Positions 49,302 to 61,300 of a stretch of DNA of 64,000 bases are shown one piece after another. The stretch comes from Cytophagaceae bacterium (GTDB lineage: Bacteria > Bacteroidota > Bacteroidia > Cytophagales > UBA9547): NCBI GenBank assembly GCA_027488865.1, contig JAIYAU010000036.1, forward strand, positions 16,596-80,595. The letters are read 5' to 3'. The notes below the pieces were generated by a model. It was given only the letters and a program-made list of their open reading frames with translations. It had not been told where the DNA came from and did no database searches. Within the stretch, counting starts at the first letter, position 1; each line of letters starts with the position of its first letter. The position numbers and the translations under genes were made by a program.

Positions 49302-49896
49302 CAACAAACTAGATGATGATTTTGAAGCTTTTGCCAAAGATGAATTGGAAAAGTTCGAAATGCCAGTTTCTGATGAACTTTGGAATAGAATAGATCATCA
49401 TTACCAAAATTCAAAGGAAAGCAGCAATTTAGCCTCCTTCCTTAAAAAATATAAATTTTTTATCGGAGGAACTGTGATCTTAATTGGATTATGTTGGTTT
49501 TTGTTAAATGAAACCTCTCAGGAATCCGCTAAAAATGGTTTAGAATTAAATGGTCACAAGGTGTTGGTACCTACTTCAGCTATTAAAGAAAACAGTATTA
49601 CAACGCCGTCTCCTAACAAAAAAGCGATTAAAGTAGTATCAAATTTTCCTCATTCTACATCTTCCAATGGACAAAGCTTAAAAGAAAATGCCACCCCTAA
49701 TCCTATTATTGAAGATAAAGTAACTAGCCAACCTGAAGAAATAGTTACTTCACCTGAAATTACGAAAAAGGATACATCAGTCACAAAACTTGTTGATAAG
49801 TTGGAACTACCAGTGGTTCGAAAATCCCTTTTTGAGAAACTTAATTCTACTAATGATTCTGTTAATGAATTGTTTATAAAGAAAGTAAAGAAGTAA
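49294..49896 (+). CDS. Putative membrane anti-sigma factor
   Basis: Overlaps the sigma stop; cytoplasmic L..FE.PVS..LW.RI motif, one TM and a low-complexity S/T/P/K-rich tail. Confidence 0.7.
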   Translation: MNNNKLDDDFEAFAKDELEKFEMPVSDELWNRIDHHYQNSKESSNLASFLKKYKFFIGGTVILIGLCWFLLNETSQESAKNGLELNGHKVLVPTSAIKENSITTPSPNKKAIKVVSNFPHSTSSNGQSLKENATPNPIIEDKVTSQPEEIVTSPEITKKDTSVTKLVDKLELPVVRKSLFEKLNSTNDSVNELFIKKVKK

Positions 49897-50120
49897 TTAA
49901 GATAACGCTAGCATTAAGTAGTTTTAAAAAAGTTTTAGGTTTTGTTATTACCATTCTAAAAAGGTTGTATGAAATTGGTAATGAGATCCTTATTCGTATG
50001 CCACCAAATAGGTACTTTATTGTCGAAAAATTAACTTAAATACTCCAAAAATTTTATTCAAACTTTTCGCCTATTGGTAACTTTGTAAGTTATATTTGTG
50101 TTCATAAAAACGAAGGATTT

Positions 50121-50675
50121 TTGGATTATATTGGTTATATCAAAGCCCTGCATATTATTTTTGTGGTAACTTGGTTTGCAGGTTTGTTTTATATCGTAAG
50201 ATTATTCATTTATTATCGAGAGTCTTTTGATTTACCTCAACCAAATAAGCAGATCCTTACAAGTCAATTTGCGATCATGCAAAAGCGTCTTTGGTATGGA
50301 ATCACTTGGCCATCAGCTATATTAACAATTTTTTTTGGGGTATGGACGGTTATCTCTTATAACAAACTGGCATCAACATGGTGGTTACAGACGTTTATGT
50401 TGGTAAAATACACCTTAGTTATAGGTCTTTTGGTTTATCATGGTTGGTGCCAACACGTAATGAATATCATCAAAAGTGGAAATCTTAAGTACAGTCCAAC
50501 GTTTTTAAGAATAATGAATGAGGTAGCTACTGTATTCTTGGTAGCTATTATTTTTGTAATTGTATTAAAAGACGCATTAAGTTGGGTATTTGGCCTACTG
50601 GGAATTGTTGTTTTTTCAATTCTACTATTACTTGCAATTAGGATTTACAAATACGTTAGAAAGGACGGAAATTAA
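50121..50675 (+). CDS. hemJ: Protoporphyrinogen oxidase HemJ
   Basis: KALHIIFVVTWFAGLFY..RLF, RLW..IT.P and R..NE; TATATTTG promoter at 50091-50098. Confidence 0.92.
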   Translation: MDYIGYIKALHIIFVVTWFAGLFYIVRLFIYYRESFDLPQPNKQILTSQFAIMQKRLWYGITWPSAILTIFFGVWTVISYNKLASTWWLQTFMLVKYTLVIGLLVYHGWCQHVMNIIKSGNLKYSPTFLRIMNEVATVFLVAIIFVIVLKDALSWVFGLLGIVVFSILLLLAIRIYKYVRKDGN

Positions 50676-51200
50676 GGCAATCTTGGAATAACCACACCAC
50701 AATAGTCTACCTTGCCGTCCATGCCAAATGTGTGCTCTACTTGGCAAGAGGGCATTTGGTTTTATGCCTAGTCTAATCTTTTGTCTTCTTCTAAATGTGC
50801 TTGGCAAAACAGGCTGCATCTGGTGTATTTCTTGTAAAATGGCCTCCCAACTAGCATATTTTGACGCTAAGGGTCTCACCGGCAACGGAATATGAATACC
50901 TTTTAAGAAGTATTGTGTAGCCAACAAATGGACGTTTATCTTCTTTCATTTCTTAGCGATAGCTGCATATTCTGCCTTTATCTTAGGTACTAACATTGCT
51001 TGATTGGCATAGTGAACCGCTTCGCGGAACTTGCTGCGACTTTTCTGCTGATTGGGCGTGTTTGATATCGGACCTGAGTACTTTAGATAGTGTACGATGT
51101 GCCCGCCCTTTTGCCGACGAAACACCCATTTCCCAAAAGTGCCAACCACTCCATTTAATACACCAGCCTTGATAAGATACTCCAATCGATCGCGTTCCAT
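50628..51200 (-). pseudogene. Basic hypothetical protein gene interrupted by one in-frame TGA
   Basis: Track ORFs 50946-51200 and 50628-50927 share a frame; translation reads ...EYAAIAKK*KKINVHLLATQYFLKG... Confidence 0.5.
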
Positions 51201-51435
51201 GCCACAAATTTAAAATCGCACAGTGCAACCAGTGTGCATGGTGGAAAAAAGTTTAAGGTTGGTTGAAAGGTAAAGGGAGCATACTCGAAGAATGCTTGGA
51301 AGATGACCGTAGGATAAGGACAAGAAGCATTATTATGGTGATAGCTTTTATGGTACGTACACAAAACGCCTCTATCCTCAAATACCACTCAAAGAGTTTC
51401 TGTCGGAACTTAATAAATAGTTATAATATAAAGTT

Positions 51436-51585
51436 ATGAAAACAAATTTTATATTTTTTGTTACCGTTTTAAATTTCTATTTATCCACCTCCTTGAATGC
51501 TCAAGGTGTGACTTGGGTAAAAACCCATAACAATTGGGTAATCAAGTCATCCTGCACTGTTTTATTGATTATTCTTATTGGTAGT
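51436..51585 (+). pseudogene. Truncated secreted-protein gene remnant
   Basis: MKTNFIFFVTVLNFYLSTSLNA-QGVTWVKT... has a signal peptide but stops after 49 aa. Confidence 0.4.
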
Positions 51586-52025
51586 CCAGTTTGTAATTCC
51601 TGAATTCATATTTTACGTTTATTAAAATATCTAGCAGGTGATGGCCGAATTGGACTACAACTTTCGGTACTAAGGTCTTCCTATTTTTTAAAGACGTAAT
51701 TAAACTTCCATGCTTGATAGATCTAGCAAAAGCAAATATAAGTTTGGGGATGATGAACATTTTCATTTTGTTATGCAGCTAGAGAACTCCAACGGATATT
51801 AACACCATCAAGCGAAACCAAAGAAATTATACATTTTTTAATTTTAAGTAAGAAAAAAATGGATGATTCAACAACTTTTTGTATATTCATTCAAATTTTT
51901 TAAATAATAGTATCTACTTTTTTAAAAATTATCCTATTACAATAATTTGGATGTATGATTAATTCAGAACTTGCTAAAACTAAATTTATAAAAAACCGTA
52001 ATAAATTGAAGTAAAACTGCCTTTA

Positions 52026-52346
52026 ATGAAAAAACTATTAAAATATTTTATTGTTGTAGCTTGGTTTTTCGCAACAGCACACGCCTACTCCCAAGATAGT
52101 GACCAATCATTAAAAATTGATTATAGTGTAAAAAATACGAGTACACAAGAAGCAAAAGATGGGGCTATTCAGCTGAGTGTGCAAGGAGGAGACGGAAAAT
52201 ATACCTTTCAATGGTTTGGCAAAGGTATTTCGAATATAAATACACGAGATTTGAATAGTCTTGTTAAAGGAGACTATTTGGTGGTGGTGAAAGATGGAAA
52301 TGGCAAAATAGCTGCTTTAAAGATACCCGTAAAATGTTGTAACTAA
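52026..52346 (+). CDS. Small secreted protein with a single SprB-type repeat
   Basis: Signal peptide; DGAI.L.V.GG...YTFQW....L..G.Y.V.VKD.NG. Confidence 0.82.
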   Translation: MKKLLKYFIVVAWFFATAHAYSQDSDQSLKIDYSVKNTSTQEAKDGAIQLSVQGGDGKYTFQWFGKGISNINTRDLNSLVKGDYLVVVKDGNGKIAALKIPVKCCN

Positions 52347-52349
52347 TTT

Positions 52350-55300
52350 ATGAAGAAACTATTATATCTATTTATAAGTCTGGCATTTACGGCAGTCTCG
52401 TTTGCACAAGTACAAATTGTTTCTGTTGATACCACTGGAGAATCATGTGAAGGTGCGGATGACGGTAGGATTTTTATTACCACTACCTCTGGAGCTTTAC
52501 CAATTACTTACTTTGTAAGTGGTGGCTCTTTTAATGCAACAATAATCCAAAATTTTGATACGCTCACTGTTAAGAATTTGCCAGCTCAAAATTATGTGGT
52601 GGTAGCGCAAGATATAAATGGTGATTTTGATTTTAAATCATTTGATATTTCAGCAGGCAGGGCAATTTCTACCCCAATCATTACGTCAAATGCTCCTTTG
52701 TGTCTTAATAATATTTTAACTTTTTCAGCAGCCTCTGATGCAGGTGCGAGCTACCAGTGGACAGGTCCAAATAGTTTTACTTCCACAAATCAATCCTTTT
52801 TTATAACAAATGTTACCGCGGCCAACGCAGGTAATTATGATGTTTATGCGACTGGTCTAGGAAAACAATCTAAAGTATGTTCCAGTGCTGTTGCAACAAA
52901 AAATGTAGTCATAAGCCCTGTCCCTAATTCTTCTTTTACTATTTCCAAGGCTTCTCCTTGTGTTAATGAGAACATCACTTTAACTTTTACTGGATCAGCC
53001 CAATCTGGAGCACTTTACGATTGGAATCCAGCTGGTGGTAATATTAGTGGACCTGATAACTTGAAAACAGTAAGATGGTCTACTAGTGGCCCTAAAAATG
53101 TTACCTTACAAGTGAGTAATAATGGATGTTTATCAACCACTACTACACGTTTAGTAAATGTAGTAAATCAACCTCAAGCAGTAATTTCTGGCATTGATAC
53201 CATTTGTATTGGTCAATCCTCCAACTTAACAATTACCTTCACAGGTACAGCGCCTTGGATATATACTTACAACAATGCAGGGACTCCAGCAACAATTAAT
53301 ACCTCCAACAATCCTGCAACAATTGTAGTTAGCCCATCAGTTACCACCAATTATTTTGGCACTTCCATTAATGATGCACAATGTGCAGGTGTTCCTACTG
53401 GGTTGGCAACAATTAATGTTAACTCGGCACCAAGTGCAAGCATAAAGGATACAACTATTGCAGTTTGTAATGGATCAAGTACAACTATTCCAATTTCTTT
53501 TAGCGGTACAGCACCTTTTAACTATCAATATACCGATGGAACCACTACCTTTTCAGGTACCTCTAACACAATTTCATCTTCTATAACTGTAAATCCTAGT
53601 GTAAGTACAACATATTCATTAGTTTCAGTAACAGATGGAATTTGTTCTGGCACAGTAAGTGGAACATCAGTCATTAATGTTTCACCTTCACCTACCAGTA
53701 CATTTACGATTCCAAGCACAAGTTGTTTAAATTCAGATGTTACAGTAACCTATACAGGATCAGCAAGTCCCACAGCTTCTTATAATTGGAATTTTGGAGG
53801 AGGAGTAGTTGTATCTGGTTCAGGTCAAGGTCCTCACCAAATAAGATGGTTAACCACAGGGCCGAAAACTGTTAGACTTACAGTTTCGGAAAACGGTTGT
53901 ACCTCTTCCCAAACAACCAACAATATAACCATACTAACAAGACCAGATGTAAGATTAATTACTTCCAATCAAAGTATTTGTGCGGGCAATAGCGTTACCT
54001 TATCATTTTTAAGTTCTGGTACAGCTCCGTATACTTATCAATTTACCGATGGTACTACCACTTTTTCAAGAACTACAAGTAGTGTATTATCTACCTCCTT
54101 ATTATCTCCCAGTACCACTTCTACATATTCAATTGTTTCTGTAGGGGATGCTAATTGTACAAATGGCACCTTTTCAGGAACTACCGTTGTTACCGTTAGA
54201 CCTGTACCAACTTCAACCTTTAGTGTATCACCCGCTGGCTTATGTACCAATCAAGCTGCAACTATTACTTACACCGGTACTGGTAATGCAGGAGCTACTT
54301 ACAACTGGACATTTGCTGGAGGCACTCCTGCGAGTGCTACAGGCCAAGGTCCTCATAATGTTTCATGGTCAGCTCCAGGCACCAATAATGTTTCATTGTC
54401 GGTAGTGCAATCTAGTTGCCCATCAACCGTAACTACAACACCTGTTACCGTTATTAATCAACCAACCGCCACCATAAGCGGTGCAAATACAATTTGTAGT
54501 GGTAATTCTACGAATCTTTCAGTGTCGTTTACGGGAACAGCCCCATACAACTTCACCTATAGTGATGGCTCTACTTCAACCTCGGTTACAACTAGTTCTA
54601 ACCCACATGTAATTGCAGTTTCTCCTGCTACAACAAGAACCTATACCTTAACCGCATTTAATGATAACAATTGTAATGGTACTTTTGGAGGCAGTGCAGC
54701 CATTACCGTAAACCCAACTCCGACATTAACTACATCTACAACCCAGAATGTTTGTTCTGGATTAACATCCAATATCGCCTTGATTAGTAATCCTACTGGG
54801 GCAAGTTTCAGTTGGATTATCGGTACAATTACTGGGTCAGTAACTGGAGGAATTGCAGGTAGTGGAAATACAATTGCTCAAACTTTAACTGGAACAGGGA
54901 CTATCCAATATATCGTAACACCCACTTCTGGTAGTTGTGTTGGTAATCCTACCACCATTACTGTAACTGTTTCACCAATTCCTACTTTAACCACCGCTAC
55001 CACGGCTAATGTTTGCAGTGGTAACAATGCAAATATTTCGTTAACGAGTAGCCCTTCTGGTGCAACTTTTGCTTGGACATTAGGTGCTATAACTGGCTCA
55101 GTGAGTGGCGCAAGCAATGGAAGTGGATCGACAATTTCACAAGTATTAACTGGAAATGGCACCGTAGATTATTTAGTAACACCAACATTAGGCTCATGTG
55201 TAGGCAGTACAAGTACTATTACTGTAACCGTTTCACCCACACCTACTGTAACCACCAGCACAACAAGTTCAATATGTTCTGGGGATGTAACGAGCATCTC

Positions 55301-58300
55301 ACTTACAAGCAACCCCTCAGGGGCTACCTTTAATTGGACCATTGGGGCCATAACAGGAGTGGTAAGTGGAGCTACGTCAGGGAGTGGTAACTCGATAGCT
55401 CAAACGTTAACTGGTAATGGAACAGTTGCATACCAAGTAACACCTACCATCGGTTCTTGTGCAGGTACCACAACAAATATCATTGTAACAGTAAATCCAA
55501 GCCCAGTTTTGACAACTTCAACCAGCCAAACTGCCTGTTCTGGAAATGTTACCAATATTGCCTTAACTAGTAATCCTTTAGGAGCAATTTTTACTTGGAC
55601 TATTGGTACAATTACAGGCACAGCCTCTGGAGCCATTGCAGGTAGTGGAAGTACTATAGCCCAAACATTAAATGGAGTTGGTACAATAGAATATATAGTA
55701 ACCCCAACAATTGGAACATGTGTTGGTATTCCAACGATTATTACAGTTTCAGTAAGTAACAGTTCCACAGTAACCACACCTAATACTGCTATTGTTTGTT
55801 CTGGAAACACGAGCAACATTGCATTAACTAGCAGTCCCTCGGGTGCTAGCTTTTCTTGGGTCATAGGTACAGTAACTGGTTCTGCTTCTGGGGCATCTTC
55901 TGGTAGCGGTTCTGTTATTGCTCAAACATTAACAGGAAGTGGTACAATTCAATATATAGTAACACCTTCATTTGGGAGTTGTACTGGTACACCACTGACA
56001 ATAACCGTAACTGTGAGTCCATTACCAAACATGACCGTGGCTACAACTGGTTCTTTATGTAGTGGTGCAACTACTAATATTCCTTTATCTAGCTCTCCTT
56101 CAGGCTCAACATTTGCTTGGACGATAGGTACGATTACTGGTATAGTTACTGGTGGAAGTGCAGGAGGTGGAAATAATATTTCTCAAACATTAACAGGAAA
56201 TGGAACAGTAGAATATATTGTTACACCTACCAGAAATGGTTGTGCAGGAAATTCAAGAACCATTACAATAACTGTTTTACCTACGCCAGCAGTAACTACC
56301 TCTAGTACCTTTTCCATTTGTTCAGGCAATAGCACTAATATTCCTTTAACAAGTAATCCAGTTGGCGCCACCTTTGCTTGGACTATCGGAACAATCACAG
56401 GAACTGCCTCTGGAGCGATTGCAGGAAGCGGAACTAACATAAATCAAGTTTTAACAGGCACTGGAAGCATTGCGTATTTAGTTACACCTACATTAGGTAC
56501 TTGTGTAGGAACAACAACGACCATAACAGTTAATGTATCTGGACCTCCTGTACTTTCCTCAAGTACTACAAATACAATCTGCTCAGGTGGAACAACAAGT
56601 ATTAATTTAACAAGTGTACCTAGTGGTGCTAGCTTTAATTGGACAACAGGTTTAATAACAGGAACAGTAAGTGGGTTTAGTAGTGGCTCAGGTACTGCAA
56701 TTAATCAAACCCTTAATGGACTAGGCACTGTAGATTATTTGGTTACGCCATCTTTTGGAAGTTGTGTAGGAAGTACTTCTACCATTACTGTAACAGTTAC
56801 AAATCCTCCTGTATTAACTTCACCTACGACATATTCAATTTGTGAAGGAAATACAACTGCTATTTCTTTGACAAGTAATCCTACTGGAGCATCATTTAGT
56901 TGGACAGTTGGTGTAGTAACGGGTACAGCTAGCGGAGCTGCCAATGGTACGGGAAGTTCTATAAACCAAACGTTAACTGGTTCTGGTACAGTTGAGTATT
57001 TAGTTACTCCTAGTATTACAGGTTGCAGTGGTGCAGCTACCTCCATCATTGTTACTGTAAATCCTGGCCCTACTGTTTCAACGGCTTCATCTACAAATAT
57101 ATGTAGTGGTAGTCAAACAAATTTACTTTTAGTTAGTAATCCAATTGGGGCTTCCTTTACTTATACCACTTCTTTATCTGGTGGTACTGTGACAGGATTT
57201 AGCAATGGCTCAGGATCACCAATTCAACAAACACTTACAGGTAATGGAACAGTTGATTATCTTGTCACCCCCACACTTGCTGGTTGTATAGGAACACCAA
57301 GTACTATTTCTGTTAATGTGAATGATGGAGTAATAGCATCTACATCTTCCTCAACTAACATTTGTAGTGGTGGTCAAACTAATTTGGTCCTAACAAGTAC
57401 GCCTGCTGGGGCCACCTATAGTTATACTACTTCAAGCACAGGAACTGTTGCGGGATTTAGCAATGGAATTGGTTCTCCTATACAACAAACTTTAGTTGGC
57501 AATGGCACAGTTACTTATTTGGTGACGCCAAGTTTAGGTGCTTGTTTAGGCACACCTTTGTCTATTACGGTAACAGTAGACCCACCAAGCACCGTAAGTA
57601 CGGTTTCACCAACGTCAATTTGTACTGGTGCTCAAACAAATTTGGTATTAACAAGCTCTCCAGTTGGTGCAACATTTAACTATACAACCTCCTCAACTGG
57701 AACTGTTTCTGGCTTTAGCGATGGATCGGGTTCGCCAATTCAACAGACATTGACTGGAACTGGAACAGTTACTTACGCCGTAACTCCTTCTTTTGGTGGT
57801 TGTTTAGGAACTACTTCGAATATAGTGGTAAATGTTAATCCTCCACCAGATGCTAGCTTTATTGTACCACCTGCCTGTGTAAACACCAATACTTCTATAC
57901 AATATTTTGGCTCAGCACCTCCTTCTGCTACCTACAATTGGAACTTCGGAGGAGCAACGGTAGTGCCACCTGGTACTGGCATTGGGCCACATAGCGTTTC
58001 CTGGAGTACCCCTGGCAATAAAACGGTTACCCTTCAAGTAACTGAAAACGGTTGTACCTCTTCTTTGAATTCTGTAGTTGTGGCCGTAAATAGTGCACCT
58101 GATGTTACGATAAGTGGAGACACTACCTTATGCCAAGGAGGTAGCCCTATTTTATATTTTAACTTTAACGGGATAGCCCCTTATGATTTTACTTATTCAA
58201 ATGGAAGCAATAACTTTCCAACTAATTCCCCATCGGACAGCTATGCAGACCTAGTGCCTACACCTCCAGGATTAGGCACTACAACCTATCAAGTTACTTC

Positions 58301-61300
58301 ATTAACAGATGCAAGTGGTTGTACAGGAACGTTTACGGGAACAGCAGTAGTAAATGTAGGTAATGCTCCAACCGCTTCAATTATTGGAGATACCAGTGTT
58401 TGTACTGGTTCACCTGCCTTTGTTAGAATAAGATTTAATGGAGTTGCGCCATTTAGCTATACTTATGACGATGGCTCAGGACCTATTAGTGCTAGTACCA
58501 ACAATAATGTAGAGGTAATAAATATTGCTTCAGTAGCAGCAGGTGTAACTTACACTTTATCAAATGTTAAAGATGCCAATTGTGATGCTATTATTTCAAA
58601 ATCAACAGCAGTAATGAGCATAACCCCAGGACCAGATGCTAGCTTTATTGTACCACCTGCCTGTATTAACACCAATACTTCTATACAATATTTTGGCTCA
58701 GCACCTCCTTCTGCTATCTACAATTGGAACTTTGGAGGCGCAACGGTAGTACCGCCTGGCACTGGCATCGGGCCACATAGCGTTTCCTGGAGTACCCCTG
58801 GCAATAAAACGGTTACCCTTCAAGTAACTGAAAACGGTTGTACCTCTTCTTTAAATTCGGTAGTTGTGGCCGTAAATAGTGCACCTGATGTTACGATAAG
58901 TGGAGACACTACCTTATGCCAAGGAGGTAGTCCTGTTTTATATTTTAACTTTAACGGCATTGCCCCTTATGATTTTACCTATTCAGATGGAAGCAATAAC
59001 TTTCCAACTAATTCCGCAACTGACAGCTATGCAGATCTAGTGCCTACATCTCCAGGATTAGGTGCTACAACCTATCAGGTTACCTCGTTGACGGATGCAA
59101 GTGGTTGCACTGGAACATTTACAGGAGCAGCAGTTGTAAATGTAATTGCCGCTCCTACAGCCTCTATCACCAATGATACCACCATTTGTGAAGGGGCAGA
59201 TGCTTTTGTAAGATTCAATTTTAGTGGTCTTGCACCTTTTACTTATACCTATAACGATGGTGTAAAAGATAGTACAGTTACCACCAATAATTTAGTTGAA
59301 ATTGTTAATATTCCAGCAGTATTGGCTAACGTAACTTATACCTTGGTTGCGGTGAGTGATGTCAATTGTGACGCAATTATTACATCAAACACAGCTACCA
59401 TTAATATTGTGACAAAACCTGTGGCAGCATTTGATGCTACTAATCCAATTGTAGCTTGTTTAAATAATGATGTCACTTTCACCTACACAGGTGCACCAGT
59501 TACAAGTTATCAATGGGGATTTGATAATCCTACCACCATCTCAGATCCGGATTTAACTACCGCTGGACCTTATGCAGCAAGCTGGAATACGTTGGGAGTT
59601 AAAAATATTTATTTGATTGTTTCAGATGGAAGTTGTGTTTCTGACACAGCTAAACTTGCATTGACCATTCAAAACGCACCAACTGTTGTTGTTACTGGTG
59701 ATACCACCATTTGTTCAGGAAATTTTGCCATATTAAAAGTAGCATTTACTGGAACACCCATTTGGATACTTGAGTGGATAGACGAACAAGGAACTCCTAA
59801 ATCAAAGGATTTTACAGTTGCCAACGATACCATTATGGTAAATCCTTTGTCAACATACAATTATGAATTTAGTCAGGTTACAGATGCTGCACTTTGCCCA
59901 AATACCATCATTCCAAGTAAGGTTAACGTTAATGTCGAAGATACCCCTACACCAGACTTTTCCGTTTCGCCTCCAGTAAGTTGTGGAAATTCTGATGTTT
60001 TGGTTAAATACCAATCTGTTATAGATCCTGAAATGAAATTTGTTTGGGATTTTGACGGTCAATCCAGTCTAAATCCGACAGGTAATTCTCAAGAGTACAA
60101 TGTACAATGGAATACTTCGGGAATAAAGAACTTACAGGTTACGGTTACAGACACCCTTTCCGGTTGTAGTGCTAGTGTTGGTAATTCAGTAACTATTAAT
60201 CCTATTGTTAGTGCCACTCTAAGCGGAAATGATACAGTCTGTTCAGGAACATCAGCCTCTAAAATACAGGTTGACTTTACTGGAGTAAAACCTTGGATTT
60301 TTACCTATAATGTAAATGGCTCTCCAGTTACCGATACTGCTGATGTAACCCCTTATTTAATACCTACCAATCCTACGGTTAATTCAACCTACAGCTTGGT
60401 AAGTGTAATAGACTCAAATAATTGTTCTGGTAATGTTAGCGGTACTTCTGATGTAATTGTAAAATTATTACCAGATGCTACGATTAGAAAAAGTGAGGTG
60501 ATTTGTTTGGGCGATACGGTTGGTTTGCAAGCATTATTAAAAGTTGGAACACCATCATGGACTTTGGTTTATTCTGACTCATCGTCTTTAGGTATTAACA
60601 TAGATACGCTAAATTCAAATTCAATAGTAGATTCAATTTTTGTTTCTCCAACGGTATATACCGCATACAAAGTTATAAGTGTTACAGATGCCTCAGGTTG
60701 TACAGCCTTATTAAATGATGAACAACCCCCTACTGTAAGTGTTGATAGTTTGCCAATAGCCTCATTTGTTGTAAGTCCAAGTGCCATTTGTTTAGACCAA
60801 GATGTAACCATTACATTTACAGGAGATGTTTTATTTAGCCCTAGCTACAGTTGGCATTTTGATAACAATACTTTACCATTAGATTCTACCTTAGTCGGGC
60901 CACACATTGCTCAATATAATACAACAGGAAACAAAACAATCAGATTAATTCTAAAAGATAATGCAACAGGCTGTCTTTCTGATACAGCCTTTGGAAATGT
61001 GCTGATTCAAGGTGCACCAACGGCGGTTATCAGTGGTGATACCACCATTTGCTCTGGCACACAAGCATTTATCAAAGTTGTTTCTACCGGAACAGCGCCA
61101 TTTACTGTTAATTTCAACGACGAATCTGGTCCTAGTCAAGTTACGTTATCTAATTTAACAGATTATATAAGTGTAAGTCCAACTAGTCAATTTATCTATG
61201 CCCTTGACAGCATTAAAGATAATCTAGGTTGTATAAATAGTAATATTCCAGGTTCTGTTCAAGTGGATGTTAATCCTTCGCCTTTGGCAGTTATTGCAGT

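Noticed and set aside
50946-50948. TGA as evidence of selenocysteine or an alternative genetic code
   Set aside because: Other genes here end normally at TGA (sbcD, the hydrolase, the MEKHLA gene), and the context is not a redox motif.
50983-51766. ORFs 50983-51228, 51155-51388 and 51575-51766
   Set aside because: They overlap better-supported remnants and have no recognisable protein features.
54720-57845. Regular 261 bp periodicity as a possible CRISPR or non-coding array
   Set aside because: The period is a multiple of three, variation is mostly synonymous, and there are no identical short repeats with unique spacers or cas genes.
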